NCBI GenBank assembly: GCA_030704615.1
Contig: CM060731.1
Span: 50,840,001 to 50,904,000 of the forward strand
Direction of reading: 5' to 3'
DNA from: Takakia lepidozioides
Lineage: Eukaryota > Plantae > Bryophyta
DNA length: 64,000 nt
Shown: positions 38,701-51,400 of the stretch, in pieces
Numbering within the stretch: the stretch's first letter is position 1
How the letters are laid out: every line of letters starts with the position of its first letter
Program-made: the position numbers and the translations under genes
The notes under the pieces: model-generated
What the model saw: the letters and a program-made list of their open reading frames with translations, nothing else
The model's database searches: none
What the model was told of the DNA's origin: nothing

Positions 38701-39503
38701 GGACTCACATGTACCGATCAACACCAGTATTGTAATACCGGTGTTAGACCTTCAAGCTGGCGTCCATGGACTTCTAAAACCGATCAAACTTTTCTCATCT
38801 CCAGCAGGTAACTCCCACTTTCAGTCGTGCACCCAGCTTACTCACCTACGTCGTTTCTTCCGGTTCTCTTGCATTCCCATGTCATCATGTTTACCACGGA
38901 TAGTTCCTAAACTTAACACCAGAACAGTGCTTCTTCGTTCAGATCGGGTCTGGTGCGAACTACTCCCCCACACTTCAAACAAGTTGGCGCAAGGTGAGAA
39001 GGACTTATGCTCATCAAGTCCCGCCAAATTTCCACCACTTCTGGGAGGTGCGGAATGTTCACAAAAGAAGCTCGCGGCGGTGGGCTATCGTCTGATAACC
39101 CCTACTAATTGTCAATCCCACCCAAGGAGGCCACCGGAGTAGCTCTCTCAATGGAGGAAAGAAAGCTGACAGCGTTACCTCTGGGGGTTCGGTTGCCGCG
39201 GTTGATATCCACTGAGTCATCCTCGGCAGCCCGTTCATGTGGATCCTGAGAGCTGGAAGCAAGCGTGGACCTTTGAGCAGATGCAGAGCTGATATCCACT
39301 GAGTCATCCTCGGCAGCCCGTTCACGTGGATCCTGAGAGCTGGAAGCAAGCGTGGACCTTTGAGGAGATGCAGCACTGGATTTCGACCAGAGAGGAGGCA
39401 GCCACTGCACGGCACAGCGAACATAGCACACACCAACAATCGCAAGCGCCGCCCAGGTAGCCCATCCTACATTTTGACTCTTCCACTGTACGCTCCAATT
39501 CAT
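24482..39503 (-). CDS. TIR(x3)-NB-ARC-LRR immune receptor (TNL), possibly partly disabled
   Basis: Exons: 39503 (or 39560)-39179; TIR 38381-37934; linker 36888-36575; TIR 35777-35330; linker 34285-33973; TIR 33175-32728; NB-ARC 31683-30582; 30261-29971; LRR 29843-25572. Motifs YDVFISHRGPD, SKWCLDEL, GTGGVGKTT, VLIVLDDVD, GGLPL, MHDHLRDMGR. A 1-bp deletion near 33977 breaks the frame as assembled. In-frame TAG at 25572, with LRRs continuing to 24482. Confidence 0.9.
31597..39383. repeat. Near-identical tandem triplication of a 2.6-kb unit containing the TIR exon
   Basis: Units start at 31597, 34199 and 36802. The ORF-track entries are identical at offsets 2602 and 5206. Confidence 0.95.
39200..39383 (-). 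repeat. 87-bp (29-aa) tandem repeat in NLR exon 1, also present in both linker exons
   Basis: SAASxQRSTLASSSQDPxERAAEDDSVDI occurs twice. Confidence 0.9.
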
Positions 39504-40254
39504 GTTCACCCTCGATCGGCTTCCGATGCAGCACCACCCTTCATCCACCACAAGCTGCATTCCATGCCATGACTTCACACTCTCAGGAACCCACTACGTC
39601 TTTCAGAATATTAAATCCCAACAGACATCAATACATGTGGGAAAGATCTCATACCGCATGTACAAGCATCCCCAGCCATTGGACTGGCGTTGTGCGGCAT
39701 AGTGAGGAGACGATGCAGGGCGTCCATGGCAGCGAGCACGCAAGAAGAAGCAAGTCGCACTGAAGACACAGGATCGCAGTGAGGATCAGAAGGACCCAAC
39801 ACGACGGCCTCGCTGGACGTTAAAGAAACTTTATCTTTATCTTTATCTTTATCTTTGTTATTATCTGCTCCCAAGAGTAGATTGGCTCGCTTGGGGCACT
39901 GCCAGACTTTCTTCTTTTCAACAAAAGCTGGAAGAACACACCAAAAAAAGAAGCTAGCAGTGAGTAGAGAATGAAAAGAAGCGCATGGTCAAAAAGATTC
40001 GGAAGGTGGAAGGAAATCTTTCACGTGCTTAATGCAAGGGAAGGTCCCACATAAGGGCGGTGCCCAAAAATCGAGGAATGCCCCACACTGGGCTGGAGTG
40101 GTGCAATCAAGTCGCCCGGCTCTCCTCACAAAAATTACATATGCTTTCCTGGTCTTTTTCCATGTCCAAAGTACTCTAATAAGCACTCCACTACTGCTCA
40201 ATTGACTCATTGCACCGAATCTCTTGTTGCTGTGTACATGAATCCATCGAATTG

Positions 40255-40428
40255 TATATATATTTACATTTGACGCCTCTGGAAGGAAGCGTAAATTATG
40301 GTGTCTCTTTCACCCCGAAGGATTACTGCCTTCCGTCACCAAGGTGGACACCTTTGTGACACAAATGGGTGGATTGAACCCACAACCACTTCCGAGGTGG
40401 TGTGTGTCCATTACCATTGGGCTACAAC
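40255..40428 (-). mobile_element. tRNA-derived SINE
   Basis: A-box TAGCCCAATGG and B-box GGTTCAATCC, a non-tRNA body and an AT-rich tail. Second copy near 17.6 kb. Confidence 0.7.
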
Positions 40429-40649
40429 TTGAAGGATCACACTTCCTGCTAGGTGAATGTCATGATCTGGAATCCCGAATCTCCGTACCAAAAGCAATTT
40501 CAGGTTTAGGTGTGTGAACTTAGATTCCAACTTTGGATTGGGTTTCTTGTGTGCAGTGAAGATAGATCCCCCACTTAAAATAGACTCTTCTCTGAACTAG
40601 AAGTACACAATGAAGTTATGCTTGAGGGAGTAGAAGCCGCAGGACTACC

Positions 40650-42440
40650 TGGAGGACAACTTGCTGAACTTTCTGAGTCTGGCCTTTTGATGCCTTAGTT
40701 GCCACAGTGCACATAAAAGCCACATGTCAAAAAGATTGATTAACTGTTGCAGCTGTGATCTCACCATGGAGGAAGTTGAATTACATGGGTCACTTATATT
40801 CTGCGAGGTACCGTTGAATCAAGAGACACACAAGATCTGCCCTCCATGAGGTCCTCAATATCTTCCTTGGTGCAGTCACTGCACCTCCCATCTTACACTG
40901 CTTTAGATAGAGTTATAAGCAACTAGAAAGAGCACATTTTCATGCTAAGACATATCCCATCTCTATGAGAACTATAATGGTGTTGAAGGGCAGCATAGGA
41001 AAGAAAGCAGTGGAACCTGATGCACATTACCAGTTTGGGTGACACAAATCGCAGGTGAGCTCGAAACAAAATTGTTTCAAGCAAATAGGAAATCAGTTTC
41101 ATTAAAAGTACAGGTGGAATTCACAAAAAGAAATAATCAAAGGTTTACAGACTGATCATTGCCCTAAACAGTTGAGAATTGCAAACAATCCTTACTTACC
41201 AGAGCTCTGCCCAATAAACTCCATTGCTTTGACAACATCTCCAACTCTGTTGAGAGCTTCCATAATGTCTCTGCAATTAGGGATCACACACTAGTTGATG
41301 ATAGATTAAAAATTACTCGACACGTTCCCTGAAATTGGTGAAAATAATCATTTGTGTCTAGTTGGATCATGTCGACCTGTCCCCATAAAAAAACCAGCAC
41401 CAATCTCAGGAAAGCCTTTGATGCTCAGGTAAGATTAAGCAAAGCGTTCACCCTCCTCCGCCAAAGTTCTGCTGTAGGTTAGGTTGCCACAGTGAACAGA
41501 AAATGCTTGGATCATCTCTCCCTTGTGGTGCAAGGCCATTTGCTGTGGGTGAGGACTCTTGAGCACCTTACAAAGTAACTATTGGTAGTTGAAAGGCATC
41601 AAGACAACCTTGATAGAGCATAGCAGAATGCCAAAGCCTATTCAGGTATATTATTACATCCTTCAACCGGGCAACAAGCAAACAGATTGCTATCTAAATC
41701 CATGGTATATAGATGTACTGGAGAATGAAGAGGGGTTTAGCTGAAATAAGAGAGTATAATTTTCTCCATCTTTAGTAGTTTGGACACCCTGCTGCATCAA
41801 GCTCCTTACATGCTGCAGCTTAGCATTCTTTGTCAGCTGCTGTATAAAAAATGGTCGAAATAAGCTGGAGCTTCTCGAGTCCCAGATCCAGGCTGCTTCA
41901 TCACCTGTATATGCTCTCATCTGATTATCCGCAGGGTACATAAATCTTTTGACGGTAAAAGTAGACAAGCGTGAGCTTTGTGGCCTCCTCATTCATTGGA
42001 ATTTGGGTGGGAGTCTGGACTGAGATGTTTTGTGGTGCATAATCTTGCAGAAAGCAGCCGGAAGGACGGAAAAAGCTACAGGAAGGCTAAAGAGATTGGG
42101 CTCAAACAAGAGAAGGTACCAGAACTTTTGCTCATTTTACCGATCTGATGAAGGACCATAAAGCACATCTGATCAGCTTTTGTAGCAACTTGTGCAGAGG
42201 TTGAATCACCTGGAGACAAAAATAGTGCACCTGGAGTGCCAGTCCAGACCTTTTGGCACGTAACATGAGTGTTTCCAACATAAAGTTTCATGCTCTAATG
42301 CAGTCAACAATCTTTTGGGCAGATTTTCCACTGGTAAGTGGAAATTGCCACATTTTATTGCCATTGTATCCACTTGAGCTATATTTTGGATACAGACTTG
42401 GATCCAAGGGCACTTGAGGGTCTCAAAAGTGATTAGTACC
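40650..42440 (-). pseudogene. Possible degenerate multi-exon gene remnant, product unknown
   Basis: Exon-like segments with good splice sites, for example TTGCAG|AGACATTATGG...GCTCTG|GTAAGT at about 41200-41270, and a 100-aa ORF at 41690-41992. No consistent model could be built. Confidence 0.25.
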
Positions 42441-45399
42441 TGCAATTGGTCAAGTCACAATTCTCTTGGCTACTTTTAAAAAGGGAAACTCAAGGGGTTC
42501 GACATGCCTTACAATGAAGTGAGATCTATTTTCTTGTTCTCTTTTATCCCCTCCAGAATCATTTGTCTCCATGTCTCTGTGTGTCTCTGTGTCCCTGTCC
42601 GTAGGCCCTCTATGGATGTTGTGAAGTCTTTTCTCTTGTATCTACCTTTCCTTTGAGCTTCCCACGGATGTTATAAAGTACCATTCCATTTCTTCCTTAC
42701 TTCTGAAAAGCAAACACCACAACCACAACTGGACTCAATATGCAGCAATTTTAAGTCCATTTTTATGGCATCTTTTCTGCATCCCTCCCCCCAACTTTTT
42801 GATCATGTCTCTATACGCTATACAGCAACTCGAGGTCCATGACTACATTCTCTGTGTCTCTGTTCATTTCTTTAAAGGCTGGCACGGGCATGTTTTCCTT
42901 CCTGAAATTTGTCTATCTTCTCTCGAGTTGTTGTCATGTTTGTTATGGCCGTGTAGAACTTGGATGAGCAGTTGCTCGAGGAGCATGAGAAGTTTGGAAC
43001 TGTGCCAGATTCAAATGGCATTAAGCACCACTTTATTCTCCCCATCCATGCCAGGGTATCCCTGTACTGATGGATTCCCGCCTCACATTCTAACTCATCT
43101 CCAGGTTCTCATGTGATCATTGTACCATGAAGCTATGGATTCAGGACATCGATTTATCCACTTCATGGACTCTCTTACAGGTGAGGTGCAGAAACCATGA
43201 TATGATTGTGATTGAATGCAACAATAAAACATGAGGTTCAGCATTGCAAAAACAGCGTTCCATGGGTTCAACTCAGGTGGGACCTACGTCATCACCATAT
43301 CTCTCTCAGAGCCAGATGAGTAATTAGACCTGACACTATTCAAGTCTCAAAAGGCATGAGCAGTTATTGTTGTCTTTCAAGATTCCCAGGCTTTTTGAAG
43401 AGACCTTGACCTGGCATGTATAATTGTAGCTTACCTCCAAGGAGCCACAGTCTTCAGGCGTTGTTTAGCTATTTCTAAAATGGTTACTTCTTGTTCTACT
43501 ATGTCCCATTGGCCCTTGGTACGTTATGAAATTTTCTATCTTTTTTTCTGCCCCCCAAGGACGTTATGAAGTTCCTCTCCTTTCCTTTCTCTCTTTGAGC
43601 TTTCCACGGACGTTATAAAGCACCATTTCATTTCATTTCGTTTCTCTGGCCATGCGGACTGCAGATTCCATTTCAACCAGCAGGAAATTGAGACTGTCCA
43701 ATTCGTACCAATGTCTGGGTCTGGTTATCCACTCATCCAAATTTTAGTTCGCCCAACTACATCTATGGACAGATTGACATAAGGAAAGGTTGCCTCCATC
43801 CACCTCCAGGCCAAATGCAATCAGATACATCTACGCCAGGCCCCAACATACACAAATGGAAACTACTTAGTGGCATCAAAGAGAGAGAATGAAAGGAAGG
43901 GAGGCGGATGAAGTAGAACATCACGAGAGAAACATGAGTGGTTTGTATGAGGGAGAAGTTCTTATCATCATCTCTAAGAACTGAGGGTTGTAGCTCCATT
44001 AAACTGCTTGACCGGAGCTGGTGCACTGACCACTACCCTTGTGAAAGCGGGGATATTCCGCGGAAGAGTGAGAGCTGGAAGTGTCTGTGCTGTCACGATT
44101 GTCAGAATAGCTGTAAATGTAGGAGTTGCAACTTGAAGCATGACGAAGTTTCATGAGAAGCTAAATCCATTTGATTGTGGCTGTGATGAATCATGAATAT
44201 CCCAAGAGAACAGGGGTTCGAGTTCATCACTTCATTCCAGGAGGTCGCTCCGGATGGACAGGGGACCCCGGCATGAAGTGATGAACTCGGGCCCCCATCG
44301 CCCACTTCTTAATTGAGACGGAGCCACAAATGGGAGGCCACTGAAGGTTAGCTGGCCTGGCATGATATCTCCGCATCGCAAAGGGCTCTCCAGCACGGCT
44401 GATGCAACACTGGAGTCTTTTTGCATACGAGCGTCTCATAAGATTCCTCAAAGTCGGGAAGAGAGAATGGAAAACGTACCCAACACCTCAGTTATGTCGT
44501 GGGAACCCTTCTGACATGTTTCTTCTATCCCCATGGGGCCAGGAGGGAGTTGCAGATGGAAAGAAATGATAGCCAAGAGCAAAGCTCATTGTGGGCTGAA
44601 GGAATTCAAACCCTAAGCGAACGGCCCGGATTCTAACACATGAGAAGCTTTCACCTCACATCCGATTTGCATCAGGGATGCATAGGTGGAACTGAATTAA
44701 TAACAAACTACAGGGAAGAAGTACGGAAATCGGGAGAGCCATTCATGTGGTCGCTCATGTGTGCCAGGATTCAAAATGTGGAGCCGCGAGCGTCACTGAT
44801 GGACTCATGGAACTTGAGAGTCTGGAGATTTAGGAAAAGAAATACTTATTTACATACAGGAAGTGCAGGCCAGTAGCTACCTCAAGGGCTACTACCCCTT
44901 TCTGCAAAAAAATAAAAAGAAAAGGGAAAAAGAAGGGGCATTGAAGTGCAAATTTGATTAAAAGGGCCTCCGTCCCCTTTCCTCTTAAAAACAAATGCCC
45001 AAGTGCAGATGGAGGGGCAGAATGGAGTGCCAGACATATGGATGCAATCTAGTCCGTCCAAATGGTATCATTGAAGGGCTGAGATGTGCGTGAAGGGGCA
45101 AGAATTGGGGCAAAAGGAAGAAGAAGAGCGAGGGAGGAAGGAAGGGAGAGAGAGAGGGAGGGAGGGTGGGCAGGCGAGGGCGGTGGGGTGCTTGTGTTCC
45201 ATCGCGGCCCTGAGAAGAGCCGGGCAGAGCGAGAAAGAGGGGGAGAAGGATTCGAACAAGAAGGGGAATTTGATGAGGAAACAAGGGGATGGAGAATTTG
45301 GGAGGATCGCAAGAAGAACCGGGGGAGAATTTGGTGTCGCAACATGAAACCCTAGGAGTGGAGGATGGGGAGTATGATGATGGGAGCGATGGATCGCCG

Positions 45400-47611
45400 C
45401 ACAAAACAATAGGATGTATAAGAGGACAAATTGGACGCAGGAAGAGGTGATGGTGTTGCAGGATGCGAAGCGGGAGGACCAGGAGCGACAGATGAGAGGG
45501 GATGGGAAGGACAAACACCTGAGCTCGTAGGAGAGGTGGATGTACATTGAGGACCTTTGCTGGAACCAGGGTATTGAGAGGAGCGGTAGGCAATGCCAGG
45601 ATAAGTGGGAGTCACTGGTAGCATATTTCCACAAGATTAGCAAGTATGAGAAGAAGCTCCGCAATAATCGCAAATCGTATTGGCAGATGTCAGTGACAGA
45701 GAGAAAGACAAGAAGATTTCCCCCTAACTTTTGGAAGGACGTGTATGATGCAGTTTCTCTGTGGTATGTGAGGAAGACGACGGTTGATCCCAACGAACTT
45801 ATTCTTGACACTTCAGCCCCCTTCAGACATGAAATTGGTGATGATGACGATACGCAAGGTCTGGTTGATGAAGATGATGATGTCAAATTCAGGGAAGCCA
45901 ACGACGGAGCCAGAGACAACAGAGTCTACAAGAAAAACAAATGGACAGCAGAGGAAGTGATGGTGTTGCAAGCTGCCAAGATGGAGGACACAGAAAAGAG
46001 CAAAAAGGCTAGTGCCAAAGAGAAGCGCAAGTCAGCTCAAGAAAGATGGCTATGGATTGAGGACTATTGCTGGAGCCACGGGGCTGAGAAAAGCGCGCAA
46101 CAGTGTTAGGACAAGTGGGAGTCACTAGCATCCGAGTTCAAGAAGGTGTGTACTTACGAAAGGATCAGACCAGGCGGGGTTAAATCGTACTAACAACAAT
46201 CCCACGAGGAGAGAAAGAACAATAGATTGCCTGCCAATTTCCATAAGGAGGTCTTCCACGCCATGTCTGGCTAGTATGGCCGGAATAAAACTCTTGACCC
46301 TGGGGAGCTTGCCGTGGACACGTATGCAACTCCACAACCTGCAGGTCACCGCCACTCTTTGAATTCATCCTCTTCCTTCACCATGCTGTAACTTCCTCTT
46401 TGTGTTGTGGTGAAATGCAAGGCTTCTGTATACCTAATTTACAGGCGAGAAAGTCTTAAAACGACTCCCAGTAGGACGTGAGAGATATTGTGGGAGATGA
46501 TCTGAGTGAATGGGTCCCCCTTACAACAACTGTCGGTAGAGTGTTCTAGCCTTTTGTTGTCTTTGAGCAAATGCACTATAACATATGTCTAGAGCGCCAC
46601 AATCTGTACACGGTGAATGGGAACCAGATGGTTATGTTGGAGAAGGCCGGTTGTGGTCACACTGTGACTCAATGAGTTCAGACCAAGATTTATATGTTAC
46701 TGTGGGTGTAAGTGTAGAATGGTAATAATCCCTCTTCTGATCTTTCTGTAATGCCTAAAGGCAACCAGTATTCTAGTCAGGGAAGAAGGAAACTTCAAAT
46801 TGGCCACATGAATGCCAAACAGGTGACAGAGAAGAAAGGTTGACAAACAAGGAAACAAGTGAACCCCTGCCTGCCCTTGTCACCCCAAGAGAGGAGACTC
46901 CTTGATTGGATTATATGCTTCCAAAGAGTGTCGTACGGAGCCCTTTCTTCCCATGGGTGGGATTCTGCCTGGAAGGGCCGCAATGTACTTGCACATAACC
47001 ATAACTAGGGGGCACTTACAGACCTTTTTTGCAGATTATATCACTAAGATTTGGAAATTGAAAAGAAAACTCTGCATCCTATCTCACATTTTATCTTATC
47101 TACAACCTATTTTACAACCTTGACCATTTGAGGGTGTACTATGACATTACATTGTACTGAACTTCAGTAAATTTTGGCCTTTGCAGGGATAAACACAAGC
47201 AACATAGTAGGCAGCAATGCCAAGTATTCAGAGACCGGTGAGGAGGCCGACGAGCAGATGGATTGCCCAAGCACAGGCAGGAAACGGAAGTGTTCAACAT
47301 TGGTAGCTATGTCAAGGACAACCAATGGGCTAGCATCTATCCTAGAACACAACAATCAGAAGGTTGTAGATGCAATGATGAGATCCAAGGACAAGAAAGA
47401 CAAGCGGCACAAGGAAGACTTGGATATGGAAAAAATAAAGCTGAATTTTGAGGAGGAGAAGCTTGTAGGAACAATGCAACTAGGCAATGGCTATATTGGA
47501 GCTCTTAACAGTATAAGTGATGGACTTAAACAGCTTAGTTCAGTGTTGGCTGTCAGAAGGCAAGCAACAGGACTGACGACAGTGTGTATGCAGCAGACAG
47601 TGGAAACTTAG
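45400..47611 (+). pseudogene. Trihelix (Myb/SANT-like, ASR3/SH4-type) gene with two tandem trihelix domains and a C-terminal coiled-coil exon; disabled
   Basis: Two copies of WTxEEVMVLQxAK...RWxxIEDxCWxxGxExSxxQCxDKWESL...SYW...ERK..RxPxNF. Stops at 45528, 46107, about 46191 and about 46271. Exon near 47188-47611 encodes KRHKEDLDMEKIKL...ALNSISDGL. Confidence 0.8.
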
Positions 47612-48449
47612 AGAAGTCAGAAGTAGTGAATCTCATGGCATCCTCTTCCAATTTTGGTGTAGTGAACTGGCTGTTGTAAGCAGAGGGTGAGCTTTGTTGG
47701 AAAGGTCCAATCAGGTTGTTGTTTCTTCTGAAGGAAACATGACCACAGAGTGGGGATTTCCAGTTAAGGATTGATACTGTATTTAGATCCACATCACAAC
47801 ACTGAGATATTTAACAATTCGCACTCATTTGTAGCCACAATCCAGGACATATGTGATGCATCTATGCTTCGCTTTTGTACACTAATTACTCGCCCATTCT
47901 CATCTATTTGCAGAAACTACTTGATTGTTGTCCACTGATTTCTTGCTGTAAAGTGTGCATCACCTTTTTGTGTGACCAGGATGGACCCTTCGTGCAAGGG
48001 GTGAGGTTTGGCCTATTATTAGCGGAGCCGTGGGAGGGAGCGATTAGTCACTCATGTCGTTTGTGTTGATAGACCAAGCTTCAGTTTCAAGGAAGTGGAA
48101 AGAAGGGGAGAAGTGACTAGTGGGGGTTTTCTTGGAAGAATGGTGTGGAACAGATGAGTGAAGTGCTGCACTGGATTAAAGAACCAAGACAAGAGGAGGA
48201 AGGGCATCCCCACAGTGAGACCCTTTACCTTTGCACACTATTAAGGTAATTTTAGGTCATGTTCTTTATTCAGCTTTGCACATTCGTTCAGTAACCAGTA
48301 GCAATAATGGATCATGCTGGCAGAGATGAATCAAATTTACATCTACATTGATTAGATTCCCAATTGTAGTTAATCTCTTGAGCACTATCCAATAAGCATA
48401 TCTTTATGAGAGACAACCTTATGACCAGCATGGAGACACCTTGGACAAC

Positions 48450-51400
48450 CTTATGATCTTTCTTCGTACAAGCATTCAGCTTCTTGTAGTTCACACATAC
48501 TCTTAGTTTACCATTCTTCTTGGGAACTATAACAATGGGTGACAACCAAGTTGTATACTCTATTGGGTATATAAACTTAGCCTCAGCCAACTTCTTGATC
48601 TCTTCTCCAACCTTCTGTGCGTAGTTGGGATTCATCCTGTATCTCGCCTGTTTAACTGGTATTGATCCTAGTTCCAGTTCAATCTTATGTTGACAGATCT
48701 CAGGTGGTATCCCCTTCAGATCCTCATAGCTCCAAGCAAATACATCTCTGTATTTAATGAACAGACTCTTTGCTTCCTCAAAGAATTCTGGCTCTAGATC
48801 CGCCCCTACCTTCACCATCCTTGGTTCCTTCTCTGTTCCCACATTTACTTCCCTCACCTGCTCATCAGCTATTATTGTCCAACCAGTCACCACTTCATCT
48901 TGTAAGCTCACAGTGGCTGGTTCCTCTAGGATTTCCATTTCTCCTTCTCTTTCTTCATAGAAATGTGATGGGTAACTGCTGGTTTCCTCTTCAGTTGGTG
49001 TTGCTGTCACTACACCATAGTAGATACCTCTTAAACAAGCCGCATCTCTGCAACCTGCTCCCACTCTGGGTGTGCAGCAAACAAGGTAGCTTCCTGTTCC
49101 TCATCCAGTCCTTCTTTCCAATCATACTCTCTGACCCATCTTGGTCTTCTTGTATCAGATAGTCTTTCAGATTTCTTAGTGGTGATTTGTATCTTGTTTA
49201 ACCCATCCTGCACAGTCAATAACTATGAATTCCAATCATCAGACACCTTGGCTTGTTTCAGCCATGGTCTTCCCAACAATAAGGAATAAGCTTCCAGGAC
49301 TTCATTCATCTTCAACACAGTTACTGTGATCTTAAATATCATCTTTTGAATCTGGATTTTTAACTCCTCTGATTAATCCCAATGGCTGTACACTCCTTTG
49401 GTCTGCCATGGTTACTGTAAATGGGGCTGGTTTCATGTTGTTTAGACCTAGCTTCTGTCTCAATTGGTCTGTCATGATATTCACACCAGAGCCTCCATCT
49501 ATCAGTACATCTGCCAGCTCTGTGCTTCCAATTCTCAACTGGATAACGGGCATAGAATCATCAAAATCCATGACTGTTTCTTGCCCTTCTGGCCTCACAT
49601 TATAACTGGTCACCTTGTTGTTCAGGTCTGTGTTCTCTGTCAATTGGGCAATTCTGTTGATTGCTTGATACAGCCTGTGTCTACAATAAGGTGCCACAGC
49701 TAATAGCTGTCCAATGGTAATTTCCACTTTGGACTGGCATATCACTTCAGCCAATGTCCCTTCCTTACCCTGCACTTCTGCAGCTTCCCTCTTTCCTTCT
49801 TCCTCACTGACCTCTTCTTCTCCTTCAGAGTCTGAGGAGTCTACCATGGGAATATCAATACTCTTCTGCATTTCCCGTATGGTATCCGCCACTTCCTTGT
49901 GCAGTTCCTTCTCATCTCTCCAAGCCTCATCATCTTCAGGCACATCACTGCCATCTTCATTATCATCAACTTCATCTTCCACTGGAGGTACTATTTTGGC
50001 TCTGCTTCTTGTTACTATCATTGTACTCACTTCCGGTACAATATATGGCCTAACCATGTGGGCTGCCACTACTGGCCCCTCATTCCCAGGAGCTCTCATC
50101 TCATTCTGGTGTCTGATCCAGAATGGACAAGCCGCCTTACGATGTCTTGTCTGATTACAATAGTAACACAGTTCTTTTCCATTGGGTCCTCGCCCTTGGT
50201 CTGCTCTGGGATTATTTCTTTAATCCTGATTCCCTGGCTGGTAATTCCCTCTTGGATTACCTCTCCTTTCCATGCCATTGTTATAACCACCTGTCCTACC
50301 ATAGTGGTCTTGATCATTGTTTCTTCTTGGCTGGGGTTGCACTTGATGCACCCTTACTTGCCTAGGCTCTCTTACTGCTGTTCTTCTGTTGTAGTAACAA
50401 TTCTCTGTAGAATGGTTATCCATTTTACAGATAGTGCAGTGTTTCTCCTTTATGTGGCATTCAGTAGTGGTGTGGCCTTCATTCTGGCATTTTGCACACC
50501 AAACACCTTTCCTCCAATGTGTTGCAGCCTCTGTGGCATATTTTTTCAAGATTTCTTCTAATCTCTTCTCATAATTTTCCATCTTCATCTTTTCCTTCTT
50601 TTTACTCTTCTTCTTATGCTCCATCTCCTCTTCTTCTTCTGACTCATCCTCAGAGTCCTCTTCATCTCTTTTCTCCTTCCTGAGCATTCCCAACTGCTCA
50701 ATTCTGTTTGTTGTTTCAAATGCCTCCTCCACTGTATTGTGGGGTAACATGTCTACTTTCTTTTGCAACTCTGGCCTTAGTCCATTCATAAACCAAGCCT
50801 TCTGCAATCCTGGTGCTGGTATAGCAGCCAACTTTTTCATCATCAACTCCATTTTCTCCATATACTCTTCAACAGTTTCATGCTTCTTCTGCTTCAGCTG
50901 CTGTAAACTCCCATACACTTCATCCTCAGTTTTACTGGTCCTGAACCTATTTCGGAACGCTGTACTCAAGCCATTCCAGGTTAGGAAATGATTATCCGGG
51001 AATCTTGCATACCATTCACTGGCTTTCTTTATAAGTGAACACGGAAACAGTCTCATCTTGGCATCATCGCCATTCTCATTGTTCACTATACACATGTGCT
51101 CAAATTGGCTAATGTGTACATCAGGATCCCCTTTCCCTGAATATATCGGAAAAGGTGGTTTAGCCCGTGTTGGTTGTAACGCCATCTGCGACCCTACACT
51201 CTGCCCCCTGACAGTTGTTGGTCTTTTGGCTGATGCTGGTCTTTGTGGACCTGTAGTATTTGTGGTGGTTCTTCCACCAATTACTGGCCCCTGAACCCTT
51301 CCTGTTCCTGGCCTTTCTATATTCACAGTATTCCCAGCCTCAGTTGCACTACTTTCCACACTCCCTGTCCCCCCAGAGCCAGATCCAGGTCTTCCGCCTG

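Noticed and set aside
40350-40428. tRNA gene
   Set aside because: A and B boxes are present but no convincing cloverleaf. Homology to 17.6 kb extends beyond the tRNA-like part, so it is called a SINE.
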